The translations under genes were made by a program, and so were the position numbers. The notes under the pieces were generated by a model. It worked only from the letters and a program-made list of their open reading frames with translations, had not been told where the DNA came from and did no database searches. Of a DNA stretch of 64,000 bases, positions 9,006-17,469 are shown piece by piece; positions within the stretch are counted from its first letter, which is position 1, and each line of letters begins with the position of its first letter. Source of the stretch: a virus. The DNA lies in IMG/VR virus record IMGVR_UViG_3300027987_000368, positions 1-64,000 of that record. The stretch is one strand, 5' to 3'.

Positions 9006-10154
9006 CTACTCGACAACGACGTCCAGCCAGCGAGACCCCGCGTCCGTGCGTACCTCGACGATGTCATGCTCGCCGCGGGCAAGCGCATCGCTCGTGGCTT
9101 GATCGACGACGAGTAGGTCTCCGACCTCGAGACCGAGATACGTCGGGAGCGAGTCCAGGTCAGCTCGCGTGAGCTCGAGGCCGACGTACTCGCCGGTCGA
9201 GTCGAATACGGGCGCAGCGTCGAAGCGGTCGAACGTCTCGGCGTGCGTCAGCCACAAGAACACCTCGGGCAGAATCGAGACCGACTCGCCGGACATCCAC
9301 ACCAGTTCCGGCGCCCAAAACTCCCCCGGAACAGGGGGTAGATGTGGGCTTGATGTCCCGTGTGGGCCGTCCCAGGTGCACATGGTCGGCTGTGTCCAGA
9401 AATGACGACCGTGGTGGTCAACCGGCAAGAAAAGCGCCTCACACACAGCACCTGGCTGGCACTCCTCATCGGTATGCTCGGGGCACGCGCAAGTGACAGA
9501 CGACGTAGGAGCATACGACGAAGGCACTCCGTCGTAGCGGTAGTGGTGCGGATCGCATCCGAACCCGACCCCAGTCTCCCCGCAATTCATGCGGTCGTAC
9601 CATGGTCCGATGCCGTTGAGGGCCTTCGTGGCCAGGCGAGCGGTCCCGTCACCTGGCGCACACATTGGCCAGACACCATCGAAGTCATGGGCGACCCCCA
9701 CGAGACCGGGATCATCCTCTTTGAGATCCGTTATGTCGCAGTATGAACACCAATAGTCCACTGCCCCCACTCCATCATCCCAGCGCTCATTGCACGGGAA
9801 GCTGCGGCTGAGATTTGGACACGTCGCGCTGTCGACGAGCTCTAGTCCGCCCGGGATATCGAGCGGAGAGAGCACGACATCGCCAACGAAGCAGACCGAG
9901 TGATCGCTCGGCTGGCACGAGAGCACGGGCCCGGGCTCTTCGCCCCCCGTATCGCCCCCACCGGGAGGGCACGGCTGACCAAGTTGATCAGGACATTCGA
10001 GGCAATACTCGAGCACGGCGCTCCCTTGCGGGGCGAGTGGATTCGATCCGGGTGGACCCTTGCATGGGTCTGGCGCGAGGTAGTTGCACGCGGTTGACAA
10101 TATGCCGGCGGTCACGAGACCGACGACCATGATGGGTTGACGTGATGTAGTCAC
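9006..10154 (-). CDS. Cys-rich lipoprotein with C-terminal GspC-type PDZ-like segment
   Basis: Lipobox-like ILSTAC; C-terminus PVFDSTGEYVGLELTRADLDSLPTYLGLEVGDLLVV. Confidence 0.7.
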   Translation of the reverse strand: MTTSRQPIMVVGLVTAGILSTACNYLAPDPCKGPPGSNPLAPQGSAVLEYCLECPDQLGQPCPPGGGDTGGEEPGPVLSCQPSDHSVCFVGDVVLSPLDIPGGLELVDSATCPNLSRSFPCNERWDDGVGAVDYWCSYCDITDLKEDDPGLVGVAHDFDGVWPMCAPGDGTARLATKALNGIGPWYDRMNCGETGVGFGCDPHHYRYDGVPSSYAPTSSVTCACPEHTDEECQPGAVCEALFLPVDHHGRHFWTQPTMCTWDGPHGTSSPHLPPVPGEFWAPELVWMSGESVSILPEVFLWLTHAETFDRFDAAPVFDSTGEYVGLELTRADLDSLPTYLGLEVGDLLVVDQATSDALARGEHDIVEVRTDAGSRWLDVVVE

Positions 10155-10159
10155 ACCCG

Positions 10160-10189
10160 AAAAGCCCCGTCCCTTGTGAGGGCGGAGCT
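10160..10189 (-). repeat. Hairpin repeat copy D (diverged)
   Basis: AAAAGCCCCGTCCCTTGTGAGGGCGGAGCT. Confidence 0.65.
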
Positions 10190-10230
10190 ATCGCGCAACG
10201 GCCGAGTAACGGCCTATAGGCGCCGTAGGA

Positions 10231-10377
10231 CTACGGTGCACATCTGAGCCGCAATCTCCGAATCACACTCTTGCGTAACACGCCAGCTGCGATGATCGGA
10301 ATAGCGACAATGACGACGACGAGTGCAGCCGGTATGCACGCCACTGCAAGCGCCACGCGCTCGGGTGAATGGTTCAT
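10231..10377 (-). CDS. 48-aa single-TM peptide (below the ORF-track cutoff)
   Basis: Manual translation MNHSPERVALAVACIPAALVVVIVAIPIIAAGVLRKSVIRRLRLRCAP. Confidence 0.45.
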   Translation of the reverse strand: MNHSPERVALAVACIPAALVVVIVAIPIIAAGVLRKSVIRRLRLRCAP

Positions 10378-10399
10378 CGTATAATCACCATCAAACGGT

Positions 10400-11395
10400 T
10401 TACCGAACTGCGGAACGGTACATTCCAGGAGCCATGAACAAACCCAACTTTAGCGCCTGTTCAGTCGTCTCGGTCCCGGGCTGCTGGCGGACGTCACCCG
10501 GTCGCGCGCCGGGGAACGGGAGCCACTTGCGATCGTGGCTGGCGAGCTCGGGCAGCAGCTCGAGGTGGGTCGTCCCCGTGTACCCGCGCAGCCACAGCGT
10601 CGCGCAGTAGTCGTGCGTGTCGGCGCCGTACTTGACCGGTTTGCCCGCCTTCGCACTGGCCTTCGGGTTGATGTTGCCCCCGCGGAAGTCCACGGTCCCG
10701 CTCACGAGCCACTGGACGGCCGGCGTGTAGCGGCGCCAGATCTCCCGGCCGACGCGCCCACGCTGGAAGCTCTGAGTCTGGGTGAACAGCAGCAGCGCCG
10801 GGGCGACCGCGAGCGCGAGCGCGACCAGGCTGTTCTCGACGGCGCAGTCGAGCCGAGCTGCGTAGGCGCCGGGCTTGTCAGACTTCCGCGATGGCGCCGC
10901 CGCTGGGGCGAGCAGCGTGAATGCCGGGTTGCCGAGGGCAAAGTCGGCAGTCTCGCCCCTCGCCGCCATCGCGCGCAGCTCCTCGACGACGTCGGTGGTC
11001 ACGACATCGTCGCACCACTTCTCCGCGTGCTCGCGCTTCGTCGGGTCGATCTCGATCCCCGTGATGTGGATCGGCCAGTCGGCGCGGCGGCGCAGCTCGG
11101 ACTCCCAGACGCCAAAGCCCGTGCAGAGGCCAAGCCCGCGGATCGCCGGACGCGGCGGGCTGACCAGCCGGTGACGATCGCTACCGGCGAAGCAGAGCTC
11201 AGGCATCAGGGGATTGATCGCGCCGACGCCAACGTACAGCCGAGGATTTGCTGGGCCGAAGACCGCGGCCAGGCATGCTCGAGCCACGCCGCGCGGCGTG
11301 AGGTCCTCCTCGAGCCCGCGCGCCGCGTCGTGAGCAGCTGCAGCTTGGGCCTCGCGCTCGTTGGCGGCGGCTTGCAGTTCTGGGAACAGGGTCAT
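10400..11395 (-). CDS. SAM-dependent amino (N6A/N4C) DNA methyltransferase
   Basis: LCTGFGVW, GIEID and GNPAF (NPPF-like) motifs. Confidence 0.7.
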   Translation of the reverse strand: MTLFPELQAAANEREAQAAAAHDAARGLEEDLTPRGVARACLAAVFGPANPRLYVGVGAINPLMPELCFAGSDRHRLVSPPRPAIRGLGLCTGFGVWESELRRRADWPIHITGIEIDPTKREHAEKWCDDVVTTDVVEELRAMAARGETADFALGNPAFTLLAPAAAPSRKSDKPGAYAARLDCAVENSLVALALAVAPALLLFTQTQSFQRGRVGREIWRRYTPAVQWLVSGTVDFRGGNINPKASAKAGKPVKYGADTHDYCATLWLRGYTGTTHLELLPELASHDRKWLPFPGARPGDVRQQPGTETTEQALKLGLFMAPGMYRSAVR

Positions 11396-11411
11396 TCGTC
11401 CACCAGGTTCT

Positions 11412-11765
11412 TCATGATGCCAGCCTCGCTGCCTCGACCTCGGTGCGGTGTTCGTTCAGCCACAATCGGCAGTCGACGACGCGCCACCACGCCGCCCACA
11501 GCAGGCGCTCGACGGGCACGACATCGCGGTCCGAAGAGCAGAACGGGCCCGCCTTGCCCAAGAGCCTGATCGGTCGGTTGCGAGGGTTTCGTTTCCGCCG
11601 AACGGTAACCTGGACCAGCTGGATTCCCGAACGCTCGGCACGCTGGGTCAGCGCTTCGAGGTCGAGGATCGTCGCCTTGCCCTCGGCAAACCGATCCAAA
11701 ACGTCGCTCATGTCGATGCTCACCGCCAGGTCCATGCACGCAGAATCGCTGCTGGTCTGGATCAT
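11412..11765 (-). CDS. Hypothetical protein
   Basis: ATGA overlap with the ASCH gene stop. Confidence 0.55.
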   Translation of the reverse strand: MIQTSSDSACMDLAVSIDMSDVLDRFAEGKATILDLEALTQRAERSGIQLVQVTVRRKRNPRNRPIRLLGKAGPFCSSDRDVVPVERLLWAAWWRVVDCRLWLNEHRTEVEAARLAS

Positions 11766-12433
11766 TCCAGCGGCCAGTGGCCCTTCCAGCGACACGGGCT
11801 CTGGGGAGGGCTCTGGCCCGGCGGAAGCGGGACGGGGTTGGCGAGCGGCGTGACCTCGAGCCGGAACGCCACGGCGACATCGCGGCCCTTGAAGTACTTG
11901 TCGTAGTCGGGGCGCAGGATCCCGCGCTTGTACGTTCGCCTCCAGACCTTGGGCGGGGTGTCCGTGATGATCTCCGGGACCACGGCCTTCGCCACGACAA
12001 TCGAGCGTGGCGCCGTGGCGTAGAGCAGGATCGTATCGCCGAGCTCGATCCCCCACATCCTGGTCCGGTATTCCCACAGCTTCGATTCGTCGAAGAACAT
12101 GTCGATCCACTTGGGATGGACCGCGACCAGGAGGGGCTTGCTGAGCACGGTCTTGGTGTTGGCCTGGAAGAAGAAGCCAGGGTCGACCCCGAGTTGCGCG
12201 GCCCAGCGCGCGACCATGTCCGCGCCCGGCCGCTTTGTCCCGTGGGTGTACGCGCGCAGGGCAAAGCGGCACCGCTCGCGGTGCTCATCAGCCTCAGACC
12301 TGCCCGATGTCCACGACTTCGGCGGCGAGGCCATGCCGAGCTCGATCGCCAAGTCCGCGTAGTTCAGACCTCGCTGCTCGATCAGCTCGAGCAGCCTCGC
12401 CCCCGGACGCCGCTTGAATTCATCTGTGCTCAC
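11762..12433 (-). CDS. XRE-type HTH + ASCH domain protein
   Basis: VHPKWIDMFFDESKLWEYR, ILLYATAP, YDKYFKG, PPQS (ASCH) preceded by a helical HTH; GTG start inferred. Confidence 0.8.
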   Translation of the reverse strand: MSTDEFKRRPGARLLELIEQRGLNYADLAIELGMASPPKSWTSGRSEADEHRERCRFALRAYTHGTKRPGADMVARWAAQLGVDPGFFFQANTKTVLSKPLLVAVHPKWIDMFFDESKLWEYRTRMWGIELGDTILLYATAPRSIVVAKAVVPEIITDTPPKVWRRTYKRGILRPDYDKYFKGRDVAVAFRLEVTPLANPVPLPPGQSPPQSPCRWKGHWPLE

Positions 12434-12482
12434 GGGCCCGCAACAGGGCCTAGGGACAGCTATTCCCAGGCCTATGGGCAGG

Positions 12483-13115
12483 CTACCGCGCCCGCGCACC
12501 TGACCCGACGCGGCGGGCGGGCGCATCGCCTACGAACCCGAGGTCCTGCGCATGGTCGTGCAGCTCCTCGGCCAGCAATCCACGGCCGCGGTAGATCCGG
12601 CTCATCACGGTACCGATCGGGCAGCCCATGATCGCGGCGATCTCCTTGTAGGAGTGGCCCTCGAGGTCTGCCAGCGTCACGGCGTCGCGGTAGTCTTGGG
12701 GCAGCGAGGCGAGGGCGGCACGAACGTTGTCGTGGGTGTGCTGCGCGGTGAGCCCTTCTTCGGGGCCGGGCGGCGACGCGTTCGAGCCCGCGACGGACGC
12801 AGTCTCCCCGACCGACCCCATGTCGCTGGCGACGTCACGGCTGAAGGCGCTACGTCGCTGACCCTTGTGGTACCCGTTGATGAAGGTGTTGCGGAGGATC
12901 GTGAACAGCCACGCCTTGATGTTCGAGCCCTGCTCGAACGAGTTCCAGAACCGGAACGCCCGAAGCAGGGTGTCTTGGACCAGGTCCTCGGCAACGGCCG
13001 GATCTCGGGTGAAGCGCATCGCGGCGCCGTAGAGGTTTTCGCGCTGCGGCATGGCGAGGCGCTCGAACGCGCGCGTATCAGCAGCAGTTGTAGTGGGTCG
13101 GGTAGGTTTGGTCAT
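12483..13115 (-). CDS. ECF sigma-70 factor (SigH/SigR-like)
   Basis: AEDLVQDTLLRAF, KAWLFTILRNTFIN, SYKEIAAIMGCPIGTVMSRIYRGR. Confidence 0.95.
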   Translation of the reverse strand: MTKPTRPTTTAADTRAFERLAMPQRENLYGAAMRFTRDPAVAEDLVQDTLLRAFRFWNSFEQGSNIKAWLFTILRNTFINGYHKGQRRSAFSRDVASDMGSVGETASVAGSNASPPGPEEGLTAQHTHDNVRAALASLPQDYRDAVTLADLEGHSYKEIAAIMGCPIGTVMSRIYRGRGLLAEELHDHAQDLGFVGDAPARRVGSGARAR

Positions 13116-13149
13116 GTCGTCTGGTCCTTGCGGCGATGCCGTGCATGCG

Positions 13150-13172
13150 TTCTAGTCCCGCTCGCACTAGAA
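13150..13172. promoter_or_regulatory. Palindromic operator CTAGT-N9-ACTAG, copy 1
   Basis: TTCTAGTcccgctcgcACTAGAA in a divergent intergenic region. Confidence 0.6.
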
Positions 13173-13230
13173 AACAAGCGCTTTTTTCAAGGCTCGGAAT
13201 GCAGCGATGTGAGGCGATGTCTTTCCGCGC

Positions 13231-13548
13231 ATGGCCAGGAAACCTCGACGCACGATCTCGATGAACTCAGCACTCTACGACCGGATCTCCGCGCACAGCG
13301 AAGCGATCGGTGAGTCTCGGTCTGGCTGGGCAGCGCGGGTGATCGAAGCTGCTCTCGACGCCGAAGGGGCTCCGGTCGTTTTCGACCAACCGAAACCAGG
13401 CAAGGGCGGGCGGCCTCCGCTGCCCCGAATCAACGGAGCCCGCGTGAGTCCCTCGCCGTTCGTCGAAGCGCCTGCCTGCAGCAGCAACACCATCTCGACG
13501 GCGCCGATCGTGCTGGACGGCCACTTCGGCGGAGTGGCATTGCTGTGA
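13231..13548 (+). CDS. Ribbon-helix-helix-like DNA-binding protein
   Basis: RRTISMNSALYDRISAHSEAIGESRSGWAARVIEAAL. Confidence 0.65.
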   Translation: MARKPRRTISMNSALYDRISAHSEAIGESRSGWAARVIEAALDAEGAPVVFDQPKPGKGGRPPLPRINGARVSPSPFVEAPACSSNTISTAPIVLDGHFGGVALL

Positions 13549-13667
13549 TCCGGCGCGCGCTCAACATGGCGGGCGGGGCCGCGATCGTGGTGGTCGTGGT
13601 CTCGTCCGTCGTCGCGCTCGGCATCGTTGGCCGGGTGCTCATCGCCGTCGGTCGAGCCGACGCATGA
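13545..13667 (+). CDS. 40-aa hydrophobic peptide
   Basis: GTGA overlap with the RHH gene; MIRRALNMAGGAAIVVVVVSSVVALGIVGRVLIAVGRADA. Confidence 0.45.
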   Translation: MIRRALNMAGGAAIVVVVVSSVVALGIVGRVLIAVGRADA

Positions 13668-14430
13668 GCTGGGCGCCGACGGGGCCCGATGACTGCGGCC
13701 GGCCGCGAACGCGAGTGGCCCGACGCGGCGGGTCTGCTGGCGTCGAGTACCCCACGCTGAGCCGCTCAACCATCTCGGATGCCTCACGCATCGAGAGCCC
13801 TGCGTCTGCCACCGCCGAGCTGAGTTCGTCCATCAGCGACGTGAGTGCTGGCAGCAACACCAGGCCCGTGCGCTTCGTTAGCCCATCATATGCCTGCGAG
13901 ATGGCGGTGTCGCTCGTGGCCGCTTGCCACTCCAGCACGAGCACCAGCTCGCGCTCAAGCTCCTTGCGGGCGGGGTGCGTCCACCAGCCGCCCCACCTTC
14001 GCGGGGCGAGCAGAGCTGCGATCCAGTATCCCCAACGATTGCCGTCTAGCATGAGCTGCTCCGCGATGATGGTCAGATCGTCGCGCGCGCACGCTGCCCC
14101 GTCGATGAACTCCTTGATCAGCGTGGTCAAGGTGACTCGGACCACACCAACGCGGTCGCTCGGGCTGATTCGCCGAACAGCCTCATGGAACACCAATCCG
14201 CCAGTCCCCGCGGTCGACCATACGTCGAAGTACCCGCGCCCGCAGCATCGCGTGCAGGTACGTTCCACGAACACGCCAGGGCCGAAGCCGTCGCTCTCCG
14301 CTATGACCGCGAGAACATCGAAGGCATGAACCCAGCTGTCGATGTTCACGCCGTGTGGCACGTATCCGGCGCCGATCCCAGCATGGATGCACGCAAGCAG
14401 GTCTGGGTATTGCTCGGTCATCACTGTCAC
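13639..14430 (-). CDS. Hypothetical protein with CxxCxGxG
   Basis: CTRCCGRG; operon packing. Confidence 0.6.
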   Translation of the reverse strand: MTVMTEQYPDLLACIHAGIGAGYVPHGVNIDSWVHAFDVLAVIAESDGFGPGVFVERTCTRCCGRGYFDVWSTAGTGGLVFHEAVRRISPSDRVGVVRVTLTTLIKEFIDGAACARDDLTIIAEQLMLDGNRWGYWIAALLAPRRWGGWWTHPARKELERELVLVLEWQAATSDTAISQAYDGLTKRTGLVLLPALTSLMDELSSAVADAGLSMREASEMVERLSVGYSTPADPPRRATRVRGRPQSSGPVGAQLMRRLDRRR

Positions 14431-14720
14431 GGGGCCATCATCGCTCGGTCGAATGTGATCTCAGTTCCTCGCCAGACGTAGATGTCGGTCAATCCACTCG
14501 CGCGCTGGATGTGCAGCTCTCGATAGCTCATGCAGGTCGTGAATAGGTGGTCAAGCGCGTCGGCTAGGCTATCACCGTAACCGGACAGGCTTGAGTATAC
14601 CTGACCTCGATTACGGCCGAGAGCGCAAAGTGTCGCTGTATAGCTCGACTGGTCCTTGAACCAACGGACACCTGCGACGATGGACAAAACGAGCAGCTTT
14701 TCTTCGTTCATGGCCATCAT
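14427..14720 (-). CDS. Hypothetical protein
   Basis: Overlapping start/stop with neighbours. Confidence 0.6.
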   Translation of the reverse strand: MMAMNEEKLLVLSIVAGVRWFKDQSSYTATLCALGRNRGQVYSSLSGYGDSLADALDHLFTTCMSYRELHIQRASGLTDIYVWRGTEITFDRAMMAP

Positions 14721-15037
14721 GACTCGACTTTCTCGACGTAGATTCCCGCGCGGCGGATCATCGCCTCGATCTGGTCCTGGACGTGGATCGGCAGCATGGC
14801 TTGGTCAAGGCACCCCATCGCCACGGTGGCCCAGTCCGTTGGCGAGTCGGCGCCGAGCCGGCCGATTTCGTCGAGGACCTCCACGATGTCAGGCAATGTC
14901 GAGTCCTCGATTGGCAGCTCAAGCAGGGCCTTGGCCTCCGCGACCGTGGTCCAGTCTTCGCGGAACAAGATGTCAGTGCCGGCATCAACGGCGGCGGCCA
15001 GGCGGTTTCGTTCTTTGGTGGTGATGGTGATATTCAT
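14717..15037 (-). CDS. Hypothetical protein
   Basis: Overlapping start/stop with neighbours. Confidence 0.65.
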   Translation of the reverse strand: MNITITTKERNRLAAAVDAGTDILFREDWTTVAEAKALLELPIEDSTLPDIVEVLDEIGRLGADSPTDWATVAMGCLDQAMLPIHVQDQIEAMIRRAGIYVEKVES

Positions 15038-15696
15038 TTGGATAGCTCAACAACGAGTTGAAGTGCGGTCTGAGCCTGGGTGAGCGCAAGGGTCTCGGTG
15101 CAGACCAGGCTGGGGCTCGGGGCCTCGAGCTCAACGGCGGAGATCCCATGTCGAGAAGCCCAACCAGGCAGACCGACACCAAGGTCGATGACCTTCTGCG
15201 AGTACTCCCAATGCTCGAGCGGCACACCATCGACCGACACCCGGGCGACCGCTGGCGCTGCATGCAGCAGCCCGGAAGTGTGCCAGGGTCCCTTCATGCT
15301 GTGCAGGCCCACCACTACCGCTGGCCGGAAAGCCAGGAGCAACTCGGCGACGGCAGCTGCCCGCGTCATGCTCTGCTCGCTCGAGTACTGCGGGTGCACC
15401 CCTCCAGGCCAGCTGCAGTTGAGGTCCCCATTGCCGTCGCCATCGCGGAGCCCAAGAGCGCAGGCCTCGGGGTGAGCCTCGGGGATGACGATGATCTCGC
15501 AGTCGGCGAGCTCGGGGGGAGCGGCGAAGAAGCTCTGGCCGAAGATCATGGACCGGACGACCTGCGCGGGCGCGAGGCGGGCTGGCATCTCGTCGCCATG
15601 GACGCCGCCGAGGATGACGGCGCGCCAGGTCGGCGCAGGCGGGGTCAAGCAGACGTGCCTGACACTTGCATCGATGAATTTGGCTGTATGCCTCAT
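15034..15696 (-). CDS. M14/succinylglutamate desuccinylase-aspartoacylase family Zn hydrolase
   Basis: GGVHGDE, DLNCSWPG, GLHS, ELE motifs. Confidence 0.8.
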   Translation of the reverse strand: MRHTAKFIDASVRHVCLTPPAPTWRAVILGGVHGDEMPARLAPAQVVRSMIFGQSFFAAPPELADCEIIVIPEAHPEACALGLRDGDGNGDLNCSWPGGVHPQYSSEQSMTRAAAVAELLLAFRPAVVVGLHSMKGPWHTSGLLHAAPAVARVSVDGVPLEHWEYSQKVIDLGVGLPGWASRHGISAVELEAPSPSLVCTETLALTQAQTALQLVVELSK

Positions 15697-16160
15697 GAGT
15701 CGACCCGATCCTGGTCCTGATCATCCGGCTCGAGGTCGACCGTGAGCGCGTCCTCGCGGAACTCGTGCTGAGCATCGAGCCACCCAAGTCGCTCGGTCTC
15801 GCTCGCGCAGGCGGTCAGGGGCTCGGACTCGAGGTAGCGGCGGCGGCCTCGGGCGTAGTCGCCCACTGGCCGCTCTCCATCGGTGGCCATCAGCGAGCCA
15901 CCGCCGAGCCGAGCCCATCGCAGTGCATGCGGTACCGGACGTTCCGGCGGTCCGACTCGGGCTTGTAGCCAGTGTGGATGCGCGGCTGCGAACCGCGAAG
16001 CATCGCCGCGATTCCGAGCGGCAGAGTCGTGTCCATCTTCCAGGCCACGACCGCCGCCGTCATGAGCCAGATCTGGGCCGCGTCGCAAAGGTTGGAGATC
16101 TCGGGGTCCAGTGGAAGTGGGTTGGTCATGGTCATGTCGCCTCGCTTGGTCTCATGTACT

Positions 16161-16246
16161 CTAGTCCACGCCGGACTAGTGCGCAAGGCCAGGCGACCAA
16201 GTACATGATCTGGCTCGGATAACGTGTCTAGTCTGGCGTGGACTAG
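16161..16246. promoter_or_regulatory. Divergent control region: two inverted CTAGTC-N7-GACTAG boxes (16161-16179, 16228-16246) and a 25-bp operator (16202-16226)
   Basis: The second box is the reverse complement of the first with 1 mismatch. Confidence 0.7.
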
Positions 16247-16255
16247 TATATCTGC

Positions 16256-17128
16256 ATGACCGGGCAAGACATCTACACCGACATCGCTAACCAGATCATC
16301 GCGGCCCTGGATCGCGGCATCGCCCCGTGGCGCAGGCCGTGGCGCGTCACTCGCGGCACCGGGTTCCCCACCAACCACTCGACGGGGCGCAGCTACTCGG
16401 GTGTCAACGTGATGATCCTCGCCTGGGCCCAGATGAACGGCGAGCGATCCACGTCGCTCTGGCTGACCTACAAGCAAGCCCAGGGACTCGGTGGCCAAGT
16501 GCGCAAGGGCGAGCGCGGGACCAAGATCCTGGTGATCAAGCCGGTCACGCGCAAGCGCCCCAAGGAAGGCCAAGACGCCAGCTACATGATGTCCAGGAGC
16601 GCGACGGTCTTCAATCTGGACCAGATCGACGGGCTCGAGTTGCCTGAGCTCACCGAACTACCAGCGGTCGAGCCGATCGCTGCGGCCGAAGGTCTGGTCG
16701 CGGCCTACCTTGCCGATGGCCCCAGCCTCGCCCACGGCGGGAACCGGGCTTGCTACGCGCCCAACACCGACGCGATCACGCTCCCGCCGCGTGACCACTT
16801 CGACTCGCCAGCGGCCTACTACAGCACCTTGTTTCACGAGATCGGACACAGCACTGGCCACGGCTCGCGGCTCGACCGGGATCTGACCTCGCTCGCCAAC
16901 GTCCACACCTACGCCCGCGAAGAGCTCGTAGCTGAGTTCGCGGCTGCGTTCCTGCGCGCCCACGCTGGCATCGTTGACGACGTCGAGACCGAGCAATCGG
17001 CTGCCTACCTGCGCGGGTGGGCGAGCAAGATCCGCGAGGATCCCAAGGTCCTGACCTGGGCTGCGTCGCAAGCTCAGAAGGCCGTTGACCACGTGCTCAC
17101 CCACAATGCCGAAGCTGTCGCGGCGTAG
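16256..17128 (+). CDS. ardC: ArdC-family antirestriction / ssDNA-binding protein with zincin-like domain
   Basis: PWRRPW, YSGVN, WLTYKQAQ.LGGQVRKGE, VFNLDQ, HEIGH, YAREELVAE. Confidence 0.95.
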   Translation: MTGQDIYTDIANQIIAALDRGIAPWRRPWRVTRGTGFPTNHSTGRSYSGVNVMILAWAQMNGERSTSLWLTYKQAQGLGGQVRKGERGTKILVIKPVTRKRPKEGQDASYMMSRSATVFNLDQIDGLELPELTELPAVEPIAAAEGLVAAYLADGPSLAHGGNRACYAPNTDAITLPPRDHFDSPAAYYSTLFHEIGHSTGHGSRLDRDLTSLANVHTYAREELVAEFAAAFLRAHAGIVDDVETEQSAAYLRGWASKIREDPKVLTWAASQAQKAVDHVLTHNAEAVAA

Positions 17129-17133
17129 CGTGC

Positions 17134-17178
17134 TCGACATGACCACATTGTCTGACTCGGATAATGTGGTCATGTCGA
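17134..17178. promoter_or_regulatory. 16-bp perfect inverted repeat containing the 25-bp operator core (may double as a terminator)
   Basis: TCGACATGACCACATT-N13-AATGTGGTCATGTCGA. Confidence 0.75.
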
Positions 17179-17469
17179 CTTGGGTTATTATCTTCATGAA
17201 CTCGCCTGATCACGTCGACGACGTCCGGTGCCGGATTTACGGCGGCGACAGCAACCAAGAAGACGAAGACCGGCGTGTCAGCTTCGTCAAGTCATGCGCG
17301 GGCGCGGGCGTGATCGACTGCCGGCCTACGATGGCTTCGTCGCGGCCATGCAAGGCCGGGGCTGGCTGCCCATCGAGCCGGAGTTCGAGCCCAACCCCGA
17401 CGGCGAGGGCAAGATCGGCCGGTGGAGGCTCACCGACAAGGGCCGAGTCGAAGCGGGTGATCTGATCCG

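Noticed and set aside
7802-10190. CRISPR array or IS200/IS605 ends as the explanation for the hairpin repeats
   Set aside because: The spacers are whole genes of 0.3-1.4 kb, no cas or tnpA/tnpB was recognised, and only copy D loosely resembles an IS605 end
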